Notes under the pieces: model-generated | Database searches by the model: none | Told to the model about the DNA's origin: nothing | What the model saw: the letters and a program-made list of their open reading frames with translations, nothing else | Position numbers and translations under genes: made by a program | In this document: piece by piece, positions 19,024 to 28,796 of the stretch | Layout: each line of letters begins with the position of its first letter | Numbering within the stretch: the first letter of the stretch is position 1 | Source of the DNA: Thermotogota bacterium | Lineage (GTDB): Bacteria; Bipolaricaulota; Bipolaricaulia; UBA7950; UBA9294 | Direction: 5' to 3' | Assembly (NCBI GenBank): GCA_039679545.1 | Contig: JBDKUT010000130.1 | Coordinates: 1 to 37,589, forward strand | DNA length: 37,589 bases

Positions 19024-20022
19024 ATGCGCGGATTCGAGAAGTACCTTCCGGTGTGGGTGGCGCTGTGCATCGGGCTCGGTCTGCTCCTTTCGCAGACAGT
19101 GCCCGGCGTGAGCCAGTCTATCAACTCGCTGCAGGTGCACGGGGTGTCGATCCCGATTGGCGTCTGCCTCTTCCTGATGATGTACCCGGCGATGCTCAAT
19201 CTGCAGTGGGCCGAGCTGCGAAAGCTGCGCCAGAACCCCAAACCGATCCTTCTCACGATCTTCTCGAACTGGATCCTTGCGCCCCTCGTTGCCGCGGGGC
19301 TCGCTTCTCTCTTCTTGCGCGGCAACCCGCAACTGATCGTGGCGGTCATCCTCCTCGGTGCGAGTCCGTGCACGGCGATGGTTCTCGTCTGGGGCAAGCT
19401 CGCGGACGGGAACCAAGAGCAGAACGTCGTCAACACGAGCCTCAACACGCTCACGATCATGGTCCTCTACGTGCCGATCGTGTCGCTGCTCACGGGGATC
19501 CAGAACATCCCCCTCGACCGCGCCCTCCTTGCAATCTCCGCTGGGATCTTCATCGGCGCTCCGCTCCTGCTCGGGATCCTGACCAAGGGGCTCATCGTGC
19601 GCGCGAAGGGCGAGGACTGGTTTGCGCGCGTCTACCGGCCCGTCGTCGGCAACGTCGCGATCGTCGCCTTGCTCGTGACGCTGGTCGTGCTGTTCGCGTT
19701 GAACGGGGAGGTCCTGCTCCATCACTTCGATCAGCTCTTGCTCGTCTCCGTACCGCTCCTGATCGGCTTCGCCATTGTCGTGGGTTTCAACCTGCTCGCG
19801 ACGCGCCTGCTCAGGTTCGCCTATCGGGAGGCCATCATCGCAACGATCATCGGCTCGTCGAGCCATTTCGAGATCGCCATTGCTGCAGCCGTGACGATGT
19901 ATGGCGTCGGCTCGTACGCGGCCCTCGGGACGACGATGGGCCTCTTCTGGGAAGTACCGATCATGCTTTCTCTCGTGTACGTCGGAAAGGCTCTTCGGAA
20001 GCGCGGATTCTGGAAAGACTAG
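19024..20022 (+). CDS. acr3: Acr3-family arsenite efflux transporter
   Basis: MMYPAM, NWILAP, GASPCTAMVLVW, SSHFEIAIA and EVPIML motifs. Confidence 0.92.
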   Translation: MRGFEKYLPVWVALCIGLGLLLSQTVPGVSQSINSLQVHGVSIPIGVCLFLMMYPAMLNLQWAELRKLRQNPKPILLTIFSNWILAPLVAAGLASLFLRGNPQLIVAVILLGASPCTAMVLVWGKLADGNQEQNVVNTSLNTLTIMVLYVPIVSLLTGIQNIPLDRALLAISAGIFIGAPLLLGILTKGLIVRAKGEDWFARVYRPVVGNVAIVALLVTLVVLFALNGEVLLHHFDQLLLVSVPLLIGFAIVVGFNLLATRLLRFAYREAIIATIIGSSSHFEIAIAAAVTMYGVGSYAALGTTMGLFWEVPIMLSLVYVGKALRKRGFWKD

Positions 20023-20029
20023 GAAGCTC

Positions 20030-20623
20030 ATGGGAGCGCTGGACGTGACCACGGTGGAGGTCTGCCCGGCATCCTGGCCGGTCGTCGAGACGCTGTTCGG
20101 AGCGAACGGCGCGTGCGGCGGCTGTTGGTGTCAGGCGTGGAGGATCGAGGAGGGCGAGCCCTGGACCGACGTCAAGGGGGCTACGGCAAAGGAGAGACTA
20201 CGTCGGGGAATCCTCGACGGGTCGACGCATGGGATCCTCGCGTTCGCCGGGCAGGCGCCCGTCGGCTGGTGCACGTTCGGACCGCGGGAGTCATTTCCGC
20301 GCCTGAATCGTGCCAGGAGCCTGCGTTGTGACGATGCCGACAAGGTCTGGTCCGTGCCCTGCTTCTATGTCCGGCGGGATGCTCGCGGGAAAGGAGTGGC
20401 AAGGGCCCTTCTCGATCACGCGCTCCGGGCGATGTGGGAACGCGGCGTGACGACGGTCGAGGGATACCCGGCGGCTCCGAATCGTGATGGCTCCTACATT
20501 GCAGCGTTCTCGTGGACGGGAACGCTGTCGCTCTTCGAGAAGGCCGGCTTCGTGGTTGTCGGAAATCCGGACGGAAGCAAGCGGCGGGTCCGGAAGGACC
20601 TTGACACGAGCGGGGTGACATGA
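20030..20623 (+). CDS. GNAT-family acetyltransferase with CxxCWC motif
   Basis: GACGGCWC, PVGWC, WSVPCFYV and RGKGVARALL motifs. Confidence 0.88.
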   Translation: MGALDVTTVEVCPASWPVVETLFGANGACGGCWCQAWRIEEGEPWTDVKGATAKERLRRGILDGSTHGILAFAGQAPVGWCTFGPRESFPRLNRARSLRCDDADKVWSVPCFYVRRDARGKGVARALLDHALRAMWERGVTTVEGYPAAPNRDGSYIAAFSWTGTLSLFEKAGFVVVGNPDGSKRRVRKDLDTSGVT

Positions 20624-21690
20624 TTCGAACGATGGAGGAGCTATCGATGAACGCCTGGCCGGCGCTGCAGACGATCGTGTTCGACGGATGGATCCTGAGG
20701 TTCTCCGACGGATACACCCGGCGTGCGAACGGGATTTATCCCCTCTACCCTTCGAGCCGTTCGCTCGAGGGGAAGATCGCGTTGTGCGAGAGTCTGTACC
20801 GGGGGCGAGGCCTGTCGACGATCTTCAAGCTCACGGAAGCGAGCGAGCCTCGGGATCTCGAGCGTGTGCTCGTGGGGCACGGCTACGTCGCCGAGGCGCG
20901 TACAAGCGTTCAGGTCGCCGATCTCAAGCCACGGGCCCGCGGTGTTGGGATCGAGGTCGTGAACGAATGGGAGCGAACGGACGAGTGGCGAGACGCGTTC
21001 CACCGCATGAACCACGTCGCGCTCGAGCGTCAACCCATTCACGACCGAATCCTCGCGTCGATCTTGCTGCCAACGTGCTTCGCCTCCGTCCGGCAAGATG
21101 GGCAGATTGCCGGGTGCGCGCTCGGCGTCGTGCAAGACGGCTGGCTCGGAATCTTCGACGTGGTCGTCGACGAGGGTCAGCGGCGTCAAGGCCTGGGCGG
21201 ACGGCTGATGCAGGGGCTCCTCGCGTGGGGGCGAGAGATCGGCGCCGAGAGGGCCTACCTCCAGGTGATGCTGTCGAACGCGCCGGCTCTTTCCCTGTAC
21301 GAGAAGCTCGGCTTCCGCGAAGCGTACCAGTACTGGTACCGCGTGGACCATCCTGCGGAAGACGCCGGCCATGGATCTCCGATGACCGAATCGGGCCGCG
21401 AGAGACCGTCGAAGATGGAAGAGGGCGCTAAGGTCAACTCCGTTCAGCCCGGCATCGGCTACGGGTTCTCGTATCAGGCGACGCGGGGAGGTGCCGTCCT
21501 GATCCAACGGTCCGGCCGTATTGTGACGCACCTGCGGCACGAAACGGCGCGAGCCTTTCTTGCCGAGGTCGATGGAGTCGACGAAGCGGACGCGCAGGAG
21601 ACGATGGCCCGATACACCGGAAACTACAGGCGCGGGAACGAACGGCTGGCCGATCAGCACCCGCGCCATCAGACCCCCCGCGACGCCTAG
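20620..21690 (+). CDS. GNAT-family acetyltransferase with extra C-terminal domain
   Basis: NAWPA...GWILRF..GYTRRAN N-domain and RRQGLG...AYLQV...N.PA..LYEKLGF GNAT, plus an about 110-aa extension. ATGA overlap with the upstream gene. Confidence 0.85.
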   Translation: MIRTMEELSMNAWPALQTIVFDGWILRFSDGYTRRANGIYPLYPSSRSLEGKIALCESLYRGRGLSTIFKLTEASEPRDLERVLVGHGYVAEARTSVQVADLKPRARGVGIEVVNEWERTDEWRDAFHRMNHVALERQPIHDRILASILLPTCFASVRQDGQIAGCALGVVQDGWLGIFDVVVDEGQRRQGLGGRLMQGLLAWGREIGAERAYLQVMLSNAPALSLYEKLGFREAYQYWYRVDHPAEDAGHGSPMTESGRERPSKMEEGAKVNSVQPGIGYGFSYQATRGGAVLIQRSGRIVTHLRHETARAFLAEVDGVDEADAQETMARYTGNYRRGNERLADQHPRHQTPRDA

Positions 21691-21756
21691 GCCCCAAGCG
21701 AGCGGAGCCGTAGCGCCTCTAGGCTGTAGGGGCGCGTCGCCGCTATTCTTGGGGCC

Positions 21757-22407
21757 ATGGTCCTGAACGACAGCCAACAGGCAAAGCTCTTCGACAGGTG
21801 GGCGGACCGCTACGACGAGAGGGTTCGTTCCAGTGTCGGGTTTCCGTTTGCCGGGTACGAAGCGACCCTCGATCGTGTGGCGGACCTCGCCACAGCAGGG
21901 CCGGGCTCACGCGTTCTGGATGTCGGGATCGGCACGGGAAACCTTGCCCGGCGCTTCGTCGTCCTTGGGTGCCAGGTGTGGGGCGTCGACATCTCGTCCA
22001 AGATGCTGGCGTTCGCGCGAGCGAAGCTCCCGACGGTTCGCCTGGTTCGGGGTGACATCACAGGCGAATGGCCCTCCGAGCTTCTCGGACGATTCGACAG
22101 CATCGTTTCAGCCTATGTGTTTCATCACTTCGACCTCTCCGAGAAGATCAATCTCCTCGTCCGGCTCCTTCAAGACCGCTGCACGCCGGGCGGCCGGATC
22201 GTGCTGGGGGACGTCTCCGTCCCGACGGCGACTGCGCTGGACGACGTGAGGCGCGAGTGGGGAAGGCAGATGGACGAGGAGGAGCACTACTGGATTGCTG
22301 ACGAGGCGATTGCCGCGTGCAAGCAGTGTGGCATTCGAACTTCGTACGAACAGGTCTCTGCGTTTGCGGGCGTCTTCGTCTTTGAGGCCGACTGCCTCGA
22401 AGCCTAG
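21757..22407 (+). CDS. Class I SAM-dependent methyltransferase
   Basis: VLDVGIGTG motif I, GVDISSKM and FDSIVSAYVFHH. Confidence 0.92.
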   Translation: MVLNDSQQAKLFDRWADRYDERVRSSVGFPFAGYEATLDRVADLATAGPGSRVLDVGIGTGNLARRFVVLGCQVWGVDISSKMLAFARAKLPTVRLVRGDITGEWPSELLGRFDSIVSAYVFHHFDLSEKINLLVRLLQDRCTPGGRIVLGDVSVPTATALDDVRREWGRQMDEEEHYWIADEAIAACKQCGIRTSYEQVSAFAGVFVFEADCLEA

Positions 22408-22525
22408 TTGCTGCTGCGCATGGCCGGGATGGAGGGCTGGCGGTAGAATCGGCCGGTCCTGAGCGGGACGGGGCGCCAAGCGGACGGAGTGGCGTCGCTT
22501 GCGACACATGCGGGAGGCGGTCAAC

Positions 22526-23278
22526 GTGAAGCGAGTCCTGTTCGCTGGGTGCATGCTGCTACTGGTTCTCGGTGCGATGCACGTCGTTCCTGTCGCGGCT
22601 GAAGGAACACCAGGCGTCGTGCTGGAGTACATCGGTCACTCGTGCTTCCTGCTCACATCTCCGGGCGGGGCGAGCGTTCTGATGGATCCGTACTTCTACT
22701 CCCCGGGCGGCCTCCGGCCGATGCCCACGGACCTTGCCCCTTCCGCCGTCACCGTGAGCCACGATCATGCGGACCACGACTACGTTGCCTGCGTTCCCGC
22801 CACGACGGCGGTGCTGCGCACGGCGGGAACGTACGCAGTCGGTGATATCACGGTGACGGGGTACGCGTGGCGCGAGGGATCGCCGTTCGGCCCGTACGGG
22901 ATCCCGAACGTGATCTTCGTCTTTGAGGTTGCGGGGACGAAGATCGTTCACCTTGGGGATTCGGGTTTGGTCACGGATCCTGCGATTCTTCAGGCCATCT
23001 CGGATGCGGACGTCGTCATCGTGAACATCGACGGGTACGTTATTCCCTCGACCAAGATCCTTCCGTTTATGAATGAAACCCGGGCCAGGACAGTGATCAT
23101 CGCCCACTACACGGTCAGGGCCTCCATCCCATTCGGAAGCGCGCCGACCGTTGAGCAGTTCTTCGCACGCCTTCCCGAGAGCGTTGTGAGGGTCGCGTCG
23201 GCGGAGAGCACACTCGTGGTCACTCCCGGCATGCCGACGCAGATTCTGGCGATGACGCCCAGCACGCTCATCAAGTAG
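22526..23278 (+). CDS. Secreted MBL-fold metallo-hydrolase
   Basis: Signal peptide, GHSCF, DP, SHDHADH and HLGD motifs; GGGAGG SD before GTG 22526. Confidence 0.85.
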   Translation: MKRVLFAGCMLLLVLGAMHVVPVAAEGTPGVVLEYIGHSCFLLTSPGGASVLMDPYFYSPGGLRPMPTDLAPSAVTVSHDHADHDYVACVPATTAVLRTAGTYAVGDITVTGYAWREGSPFGPYGIPNVIFVFEVAGTKIVHLGDSGLVTDPAILQAISDADVVIVNIDGYVIPSTKILPFMNETRARTVIIAHYTVRASIPFGSAPTVEQFFARLPESVVRVASAESTLVVTPGMPTQILAMTPSTLIK

Positions 23279-23281
23279 CGA

Positions 23282-24007
23282 CTATCGCGCGTGGACGAAG
23301 AACTCGACGTTGCCCTTCTCGCCTTCGATCGGTGAGAGCATGTCGTCGACCACGCGCCATCGGGTCTCGTTGTCGATGAACCGGGTAACGTCCTGGAGCG
23401 CCCGCGCCTGAAGCGCGGCGTCCTTGACGACGCCGCCATCGGGAAGGGCGTCCTTCCCTACTTCAAACTGCGGCTTGACGAGAACGACGAGATCGCCGCC
23501 CGGAGCGAGAATGTCGGCGAGCGCGGGCAGGACGAGCTTGAGCGGGATGAACGAGACGTCGACCACGACGAGGTCGATCGGCTCTCCGACGTCCTTCGGC
23601 TCGAGGTAGCGAGCGTTCAGTCCCTCCCGGACGATGACGCGAGGGTCGCTCCGTAGTTTGGGATGCAACTGGTCGTGGCCGACATCGATGGCGTAGACCT
23701 TCGCTGCTCCATGCTGAAGCAGGCAATCCGTGAATCCGCCCGTCGAAGCCCCCACGTCGAGGCAGACAAGACCCTTGGGATCGATTCGGAACTGCTCCAG
23801 CGAGGCCTCGAGCTTTTCGCCTCCGCGGCTGACGTAGGCCTCGTAGCCTACAATCTCGATCTCGGCGTCCGAGTCGATCGGGTGCCCGGGGCGATTGACG
23901 ATCTGGCCGTTCACCTTCACACGGCCGGCTTCAATCATGCGCTGAGCGCGCGAGCGGCTTCGAATGAGTCGACGTCCTTTGATGATCTTGTCGAGGCGTT
24001 CCTTCAT
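23282..24007 (-). CDS. tlyA: TlyA-family rRNA (cytidine-2'-O)-methyltransferase
   Basis: S4 N-terminus (KERLD...SRSRA), YVSRGGEKL, LDVGASTGGFTD, DVSFI, VKPQFE and GNVEF motifs. Confidence 0.95.
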   Translation of the reverse strand: MKERLDKIIKGRRLIRSRSRAQRMIEAGRVKVNGQIVNRPGHPIDSDAEIEIVGYEAYVSRGGEKLEASLEQFRIDPKGLVCLDVGASTGGFTDCLLQHGAAKVYAIDVGHDQLHPKLRSDPRVIVREGLNARYLEPKDVGEPIDLVVVDVSFIPLKLVLPALADILAPGGDLVVLVKPQFEVGKDALPDGGVVKDAALQARALQDVTRFIDNETRWRVVDDMLSPIEGEKGNVEFFVHAR

Positions 24008-24045
24008 CGCGCTCGGGACAAAGCCGCTGCCATGAGCTGTTTCAC
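24004..24045 (-). CDS. Mini-ORF 3, MKQLMAAALSRAR
   Basis: GTG overlaps the stop of mini-ORF 2 (GTGA). Its TGA overlaps the tlyA ATG (ATGA). Confidence 0.55.
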   Translation of the reverse strand: MKQLMAAALSRAR

Positions 24046-24083
24046 CGCGCCCGCGATAAGGCCGTTGCCAGGAGTTGTGTCAT
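24042..24083 (-). CDS. Mini-ORF 2, MTQLLATALSRAR
   Basis: ATGA overlap with mini-ORF 1 and GTGA overlap with mini-ORF 3. Confidence 0.55.
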   Translation of the reverse strand: MTQLLATALSRAR

Positions 24084-24121
24084 CGCGCCACGATAAGGGC
24101 CGTTGCCAGGAGCTGTTTCAT
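24080..24121 (-). CDS. Mini-ORF 1, MKQLLATALIVAR
   Basis: ATG overlaps the aminotransferase TGA (ATGA). Its TGA overlaps the ATG of mini-ORF 2. Confidence 0.55.
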   Translation of the reverse strand: MKQLLATALIVAR

Positions 24122-25338
24122 CGCGCCACGACACCCGCCTTCTCCTCGACGTAGGCGGCCAGGCCGGCTTTGAGAACTTCGACAGCCCGGACGAGCTTGG
24201 GCTCTTCGAGAACGTAGGCGACGCGAACCTCGTTCGTTCCGCGGTCGGGTGTCGCGTAAAAGTCTGCGCCCGGGGCGACCATCACGGTCTCGCCATCCGC
24301 CTGGAAGTCCGTGAGCAAGTACTTGGCGAACGCCTCGGAGTCGTCGATCTGGGGGAACTGAACAAAGATGTAGAAGGCACCTTCGGGCTTCCGGCAGACG
24401 ACGCCGGGAATCGTCTGAAGTGCATCGAACAGCACGTCGCGCCGCTTGTGGAACTTGTCGACGATGACGCCGATGTCGCGCTTGTGATCCTTGCTTTTCA
24501 GGAACGCGACGAGCCCGAGCTGCTCGAACGTCGGGGGTGAGAGACGAATCTGGCACAGCTTGTTCACGGCCGCGAGGACATCCTTGTTCCGCGTCGCAAG
24601 GCAGCCGATGCGGGCTCCGCAGGCCGAAAGACGCTTGGAGATTGAATCGACGAGGATCGCGTTCTGAGCGACCTCGGGGAACGACATGATGCTGACAGCT
24701 GCGCCTTCGTACATCAGCTCGCGGTACGGCTCGTCGGAGATAACGAACAGGTCGTGCTTGAGCGCTAGCCGGGCGAGTCCCTCGATCTCGGCGCGCGTGT
24801 ACCCGACGCCCGTCGGGTTGGCGGGGTTCGAGAAGAGGATGGCCCGTGTCCGCGGGGTGATGAGTCGCTCGATGTCCGCCATCGGCGGGAGGTGAAAGCC
24901 GTCCTCGATGCGAGTCGGGATCGGCACGATCCGGTTCCCGTTCATGGTCGAGTGGCCGGCGTAGTTGGGGTAGAACGGCTCGGGGATCAGCACCTCGTCG
25001 CCGGGGTTGCACGTGGCCTGAAGGGCGAAGCAGAAAGATTCGCTTCCACCGATCGTCACGATGACTTCCTCGCGCGCCAGAGAGATGCCCAGCTCGGCGT
25101 AGTACCCCAGCATGGCGTCGATCGTCTCCGGGATGCCCATCGCGGGGCTGTAGGAGAGGACGTCGACCTTCGCGTTGCGGACGCCCTCCATAAAGGCGAC
25201 CGGCGTCGGGATGTCCGGTTGGCCGATGTTCAGGTGATAGACGTGAATGCCGCGTTTCTTCGCGGCGTTGGCCAGAGGAACCAGTCGGCGAATCGGAGAA
25301 CCCTTCAGGGACTTCACACGGTCGGAAACGTTAAGCAT
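24118..25338 (-). CDS. PLP-dependent aminotransferase class I/II (aspartate aminotransferase-like)
   Basis: LNIGQPD, NPANPTG, ISDEPY, DSISKRLSACGARIG (PLP Lys) and EVRVAY motifs. ATG 25338 overlaps the upstream MBL gene by 8 nt. Confidence 0.93.
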   Translation of the reverse strand: MLNVSDRVKSLKGSPIRRLVPLANAAKKRGIHVYHLNIGQPDIPTPVAFMEGVRNAKVDVLSYSPAMGIPETIDAMLGYYAELGISLAREEVIVTIGGSESFCFALQATCNPGDEVLIPEPFYPNYAGHSTMNGNRIVPIPTRIEDGFHLPPMADIERLITPRTRAILFSNPANPTGVGYTRAEIEGLARLALKHDLFVISDEPYRELMYEGAAVSIMSFPEVAQNAILVDSISKRLSACGARIGCLATRNKDVLAAVNKLCQIRLSPPTFEQLGLVAFLKSKDHKRDIGVIVDKFHKRRDVLFDALQTIPGVVCRKPEGAFYIFVQFPQIDDSEAFAKYLLTDFQADGETVMVAPGADFYATPDRGTNEVRVAYVLEEPKLVRAVEVLKAGLAAYVEEKAGVVAR

Positions 25339-25975
25339 GGTCGAGAACCCACACCTCCAGAGCTTCGGGCAGCGTCGTTCGATCCAGAACAACGCTCGAG
25401 CTTCCGATGTGGCGAACATTGTCCATGGTTCGCAGGAAGTCGTCCACCGGAGTGATCGGCCAATCGGCGATCAGCTCCGTCCGGTAGTGCATGGGAAGCA
25501 CGACGCGCACCGTGGGCAGCGAGCGGGCAAGTGCCGCCGCTTGCTTGGCGTCGATCGTGTAGTAGCCCCCGACAGGGGCCATCAAGACATCGACGTGCGC
25601 GAGGGCCTTGCGCTGCTCGTCCGTGAGAGGCACCCCGAGGTCGCCGAGGTGGACGAGCACCAGGCTCTCGGCCTCGATGAGGAAGATGAGGTTCGATCCG
25701 CGGCGGGATCCCCCGGCGTCGTCGTGGAACGATGGAATCCCCGTGATGCGGAGTCCCTTGACAGCCTCGTGCTCTCCGGCGGTCTGGAGGACCGTGGGGT
25801 GTCCGCCCACACGGTCCGCCGCGTTGTGATCGTCGTGTCCGTGGCTCACCGTGACAACGTCGGCCGCGAGGCGCGGGAACTTGTACGGAACCTTCTTGAT
25901 GAAGGGGTCGGTGACGACAACCCCGTTGCCCGTCTGGATCTCGAAACAGGAGTGACCGATCCATGTGATCTTCAT
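25331..25975 (-). CDS. MBL-fold metallo-hydrolase (cytoplasmic)
   Basis: MKITWIGHSCF, TDPF, SHGHDDH, SFHD, HLGDLG and PMHY motifs. ATGA overlap with the ddl-like stop. Confidence 0.92.
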   Translation of the reverse strand: MKITWIGHSCFEIQTGNGVVVTDPFIKKVPYKFPRLAADVVTVSHGHDDHNAADRVGGHPTVLQTAGEHEAVKGLRITGIPSFHDDAGGSRRGSNLIFLIEAESLVLVHLGDLGVPLTDEQRKALAHVDVLMAPVGGYYTIDAKQAAALARSLPTVRVVLPMHYRTELIADWPITPVDDFLRTMDNVRHIGSSSVVLDRTTLPEALEVWVLDHA

Positions 25976-26970
25976 TTCCTGTCCTCCTCCCCGCCTGTGA
26001 CCTCGACATCTCCCGAGGCTCGATCGGCTCCACATCGAGCGGTAGCGAGCATCGCTTCGACGAGAGCCGGGTAGTCATACCCACCCGCGGCGGCGCCCCG
26101 AGGCAGGTCGCTCCCCGGGGTCATCCCCGGAAGGGCATTGAGCTCCAACACGCGCAGCTTCCCTTCTGCGTCGAGGCGCATGTCGACCCGCGAATAGCCG
26201 ACGCACCCGAGGGCCTGATACGCCCGCAAGGCGAGCGCGTGCGCCTGCTTCGCCAGGGCCGCCGGAATCTTGGCGGGACAGTCGAATGTACAGCCGACCT
26301 TGGTCTCCTTGGCGTCGTGGTCGAACAACGGGCTCTCATGGATGACCTCGACGACGGGCAACGGGACCGGTTCTCCGTCGACCTCGAGGATCCCGATCGT
26401 GAACTCACGACCCGGAATCAGCTCCTCGACAAGAAGGTTGCCGAACTTCGCTACGTGGCCCGGCACCATCTCCCGCAGCTCCTCGGCGCTCTGGGCGACG
26501 CGCACACCGACGCTCGAGCCGAGGTTGGCAGGTTTGACGACGACCGGGAACTCAAGGCCGGCGATCGCCTGTTCAACGCCGCGGTCCGGGGTTGCCGTCT
26601 CGATCGGAAACCCCGTGGGAATCGGGATCCTGTTCTGTGCGAAGCAGCGGCGTGCGACCAGCTTGTCCATCGCGCGGTGGCAGGCAAGCGGTCCGGGTCC
26701 CGTGTACGGGATCCCGAGAACCTCGAGCAAGAGCTGTATCGTGCCGTCTTCGCCCGCTCCGCCGTGAAGGCAGAGGAAGGCGACGTCGGTCTCGGCGAGC
26801 CCGGGAACGAGGTCGTCGAGCGTTTCGACAACAAGCAGTCTGGCGTTGTGCCCGCGCTCAAGAAGCGCCCGGTAGGCGGTCTCTCCTGAGATCAGAGAGA
26901 CGTCGCGTTCAGGCGAGTCTCCGCCTGCGAGAACGGTGATTCGCGGTCTTGCCTTTCTTCGGTCGAGCAT
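25972..26970 (-). CDS. ddl: D-alanine--D-alanine ligase family ATP-grasp enzyme
   Basis: GGDSPERDVS, LHGGAGEDG, GIPYTG, AMDK, VKP..GSSVG, SRVD and ELN.LPGMT motifs. Second-subsite residues are atypical (see findings). Confidence 0.88.
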   Translation of the reverse strand: MLDRRKARPRITVLAGGDSPERDVSLISGETAYRALLERGHNARLLVVETLDDLVPGLAETDVAFLCLHGGAGEDGTIQLLLEVLGIPYTGPGPLACHRAMDKLVARRCFAQNRIPIPTGFPIETATPDRGVEQAIAGLEFPVVVKPANLGSSVGVRVAQSAEELREMVPGHVAKFGNLLVEELIPGREFTIGILEVDGEPVPLPVVEVIHESPLFDHDAKETKVGCTFDCPAKIPAALAKQAHALALRAYQALGCVGYSRVDMRLDAEGKLRVLELNALPGMTPGSDLPRGAAAGGYDYPALVEAMLATARCGADRASGDVEVTGGEEDRK

Positions 26971-27054
26971 GAGGAAGAGTATACTCGTGTGCCGGGAGGG
27001 TCCTAGCCGAAGAATCCCGTTGGGAACGGACATCCGACCCACGGCGGAGCTTCC

Positions 27055-27083
27055 TTGACAGCCCCAAGAGGCGAGGGTACACT
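27055..27083 (+). promoter_or_regulatory. sigma70 promoter of the 16S rRNA gene
   Basis: TTGACA-17nt-TACACT, followed by a boxA-like TGGTCCTTGAAAA (27096-27108). Confidence 0.85.
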
Positions 27084-27102
27084 TCCCGCTGCTGTTGGTC
27101 CT

Positions 27103-27121
27103 TGAAAAGTGGATAGCGTGG
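27103..27121 (+). other. 5' arm of the 16S processing stem
   Basis: TGAAAAGTGGATAGCGTGG is complementary (1-nt bulge) to CCACGCTATCCCTTTTCA at 28779-28796. Confidence 0.8.
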
Positions 27122-27178
27122 AAACGTGTTCGTAAGAACACCCTGATCACCTAGAGATCAACTCGAATCAGAAGATTA

Positions 27179-28741
<1,563 letters not shown>

Positions 28742-28778
28742 AGGGAGCAAATTGTAGGACCCAGCACCGGTGTCAGGA

Positions 28779-28796
28779 CCACGCTATCCCTTTTCA
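28779..28796 (+). other. 3' arm of the 16S processing stem
   Basis: Reverse complement of the leader segment 27103-27121. Confidence 0.8.

Larger units (their letters stand above)
24008..24121 (-). repeat. Three tandem 38-nt direct repeats filling the aminotransferase-tlyA gap
   Basis: Minus-strand units: ATGAAACAGCTCCTGGCAACGGCCCTTATCGTGGCGCG / ATGACACAACTCCTGGCAACGGCCTTATCGCGGGCGCG / GTGAAACAGCTCATGGCAGCGGCTTTGTCCCGAGCGCG. Confidence 0.95.

Noticed and set aside
24008..24121. 38-nt repeats as a CRISPR array
   Set aside because: The units are directly adjacent with no spacers, they are degenerate, and no cas genes are in the window.
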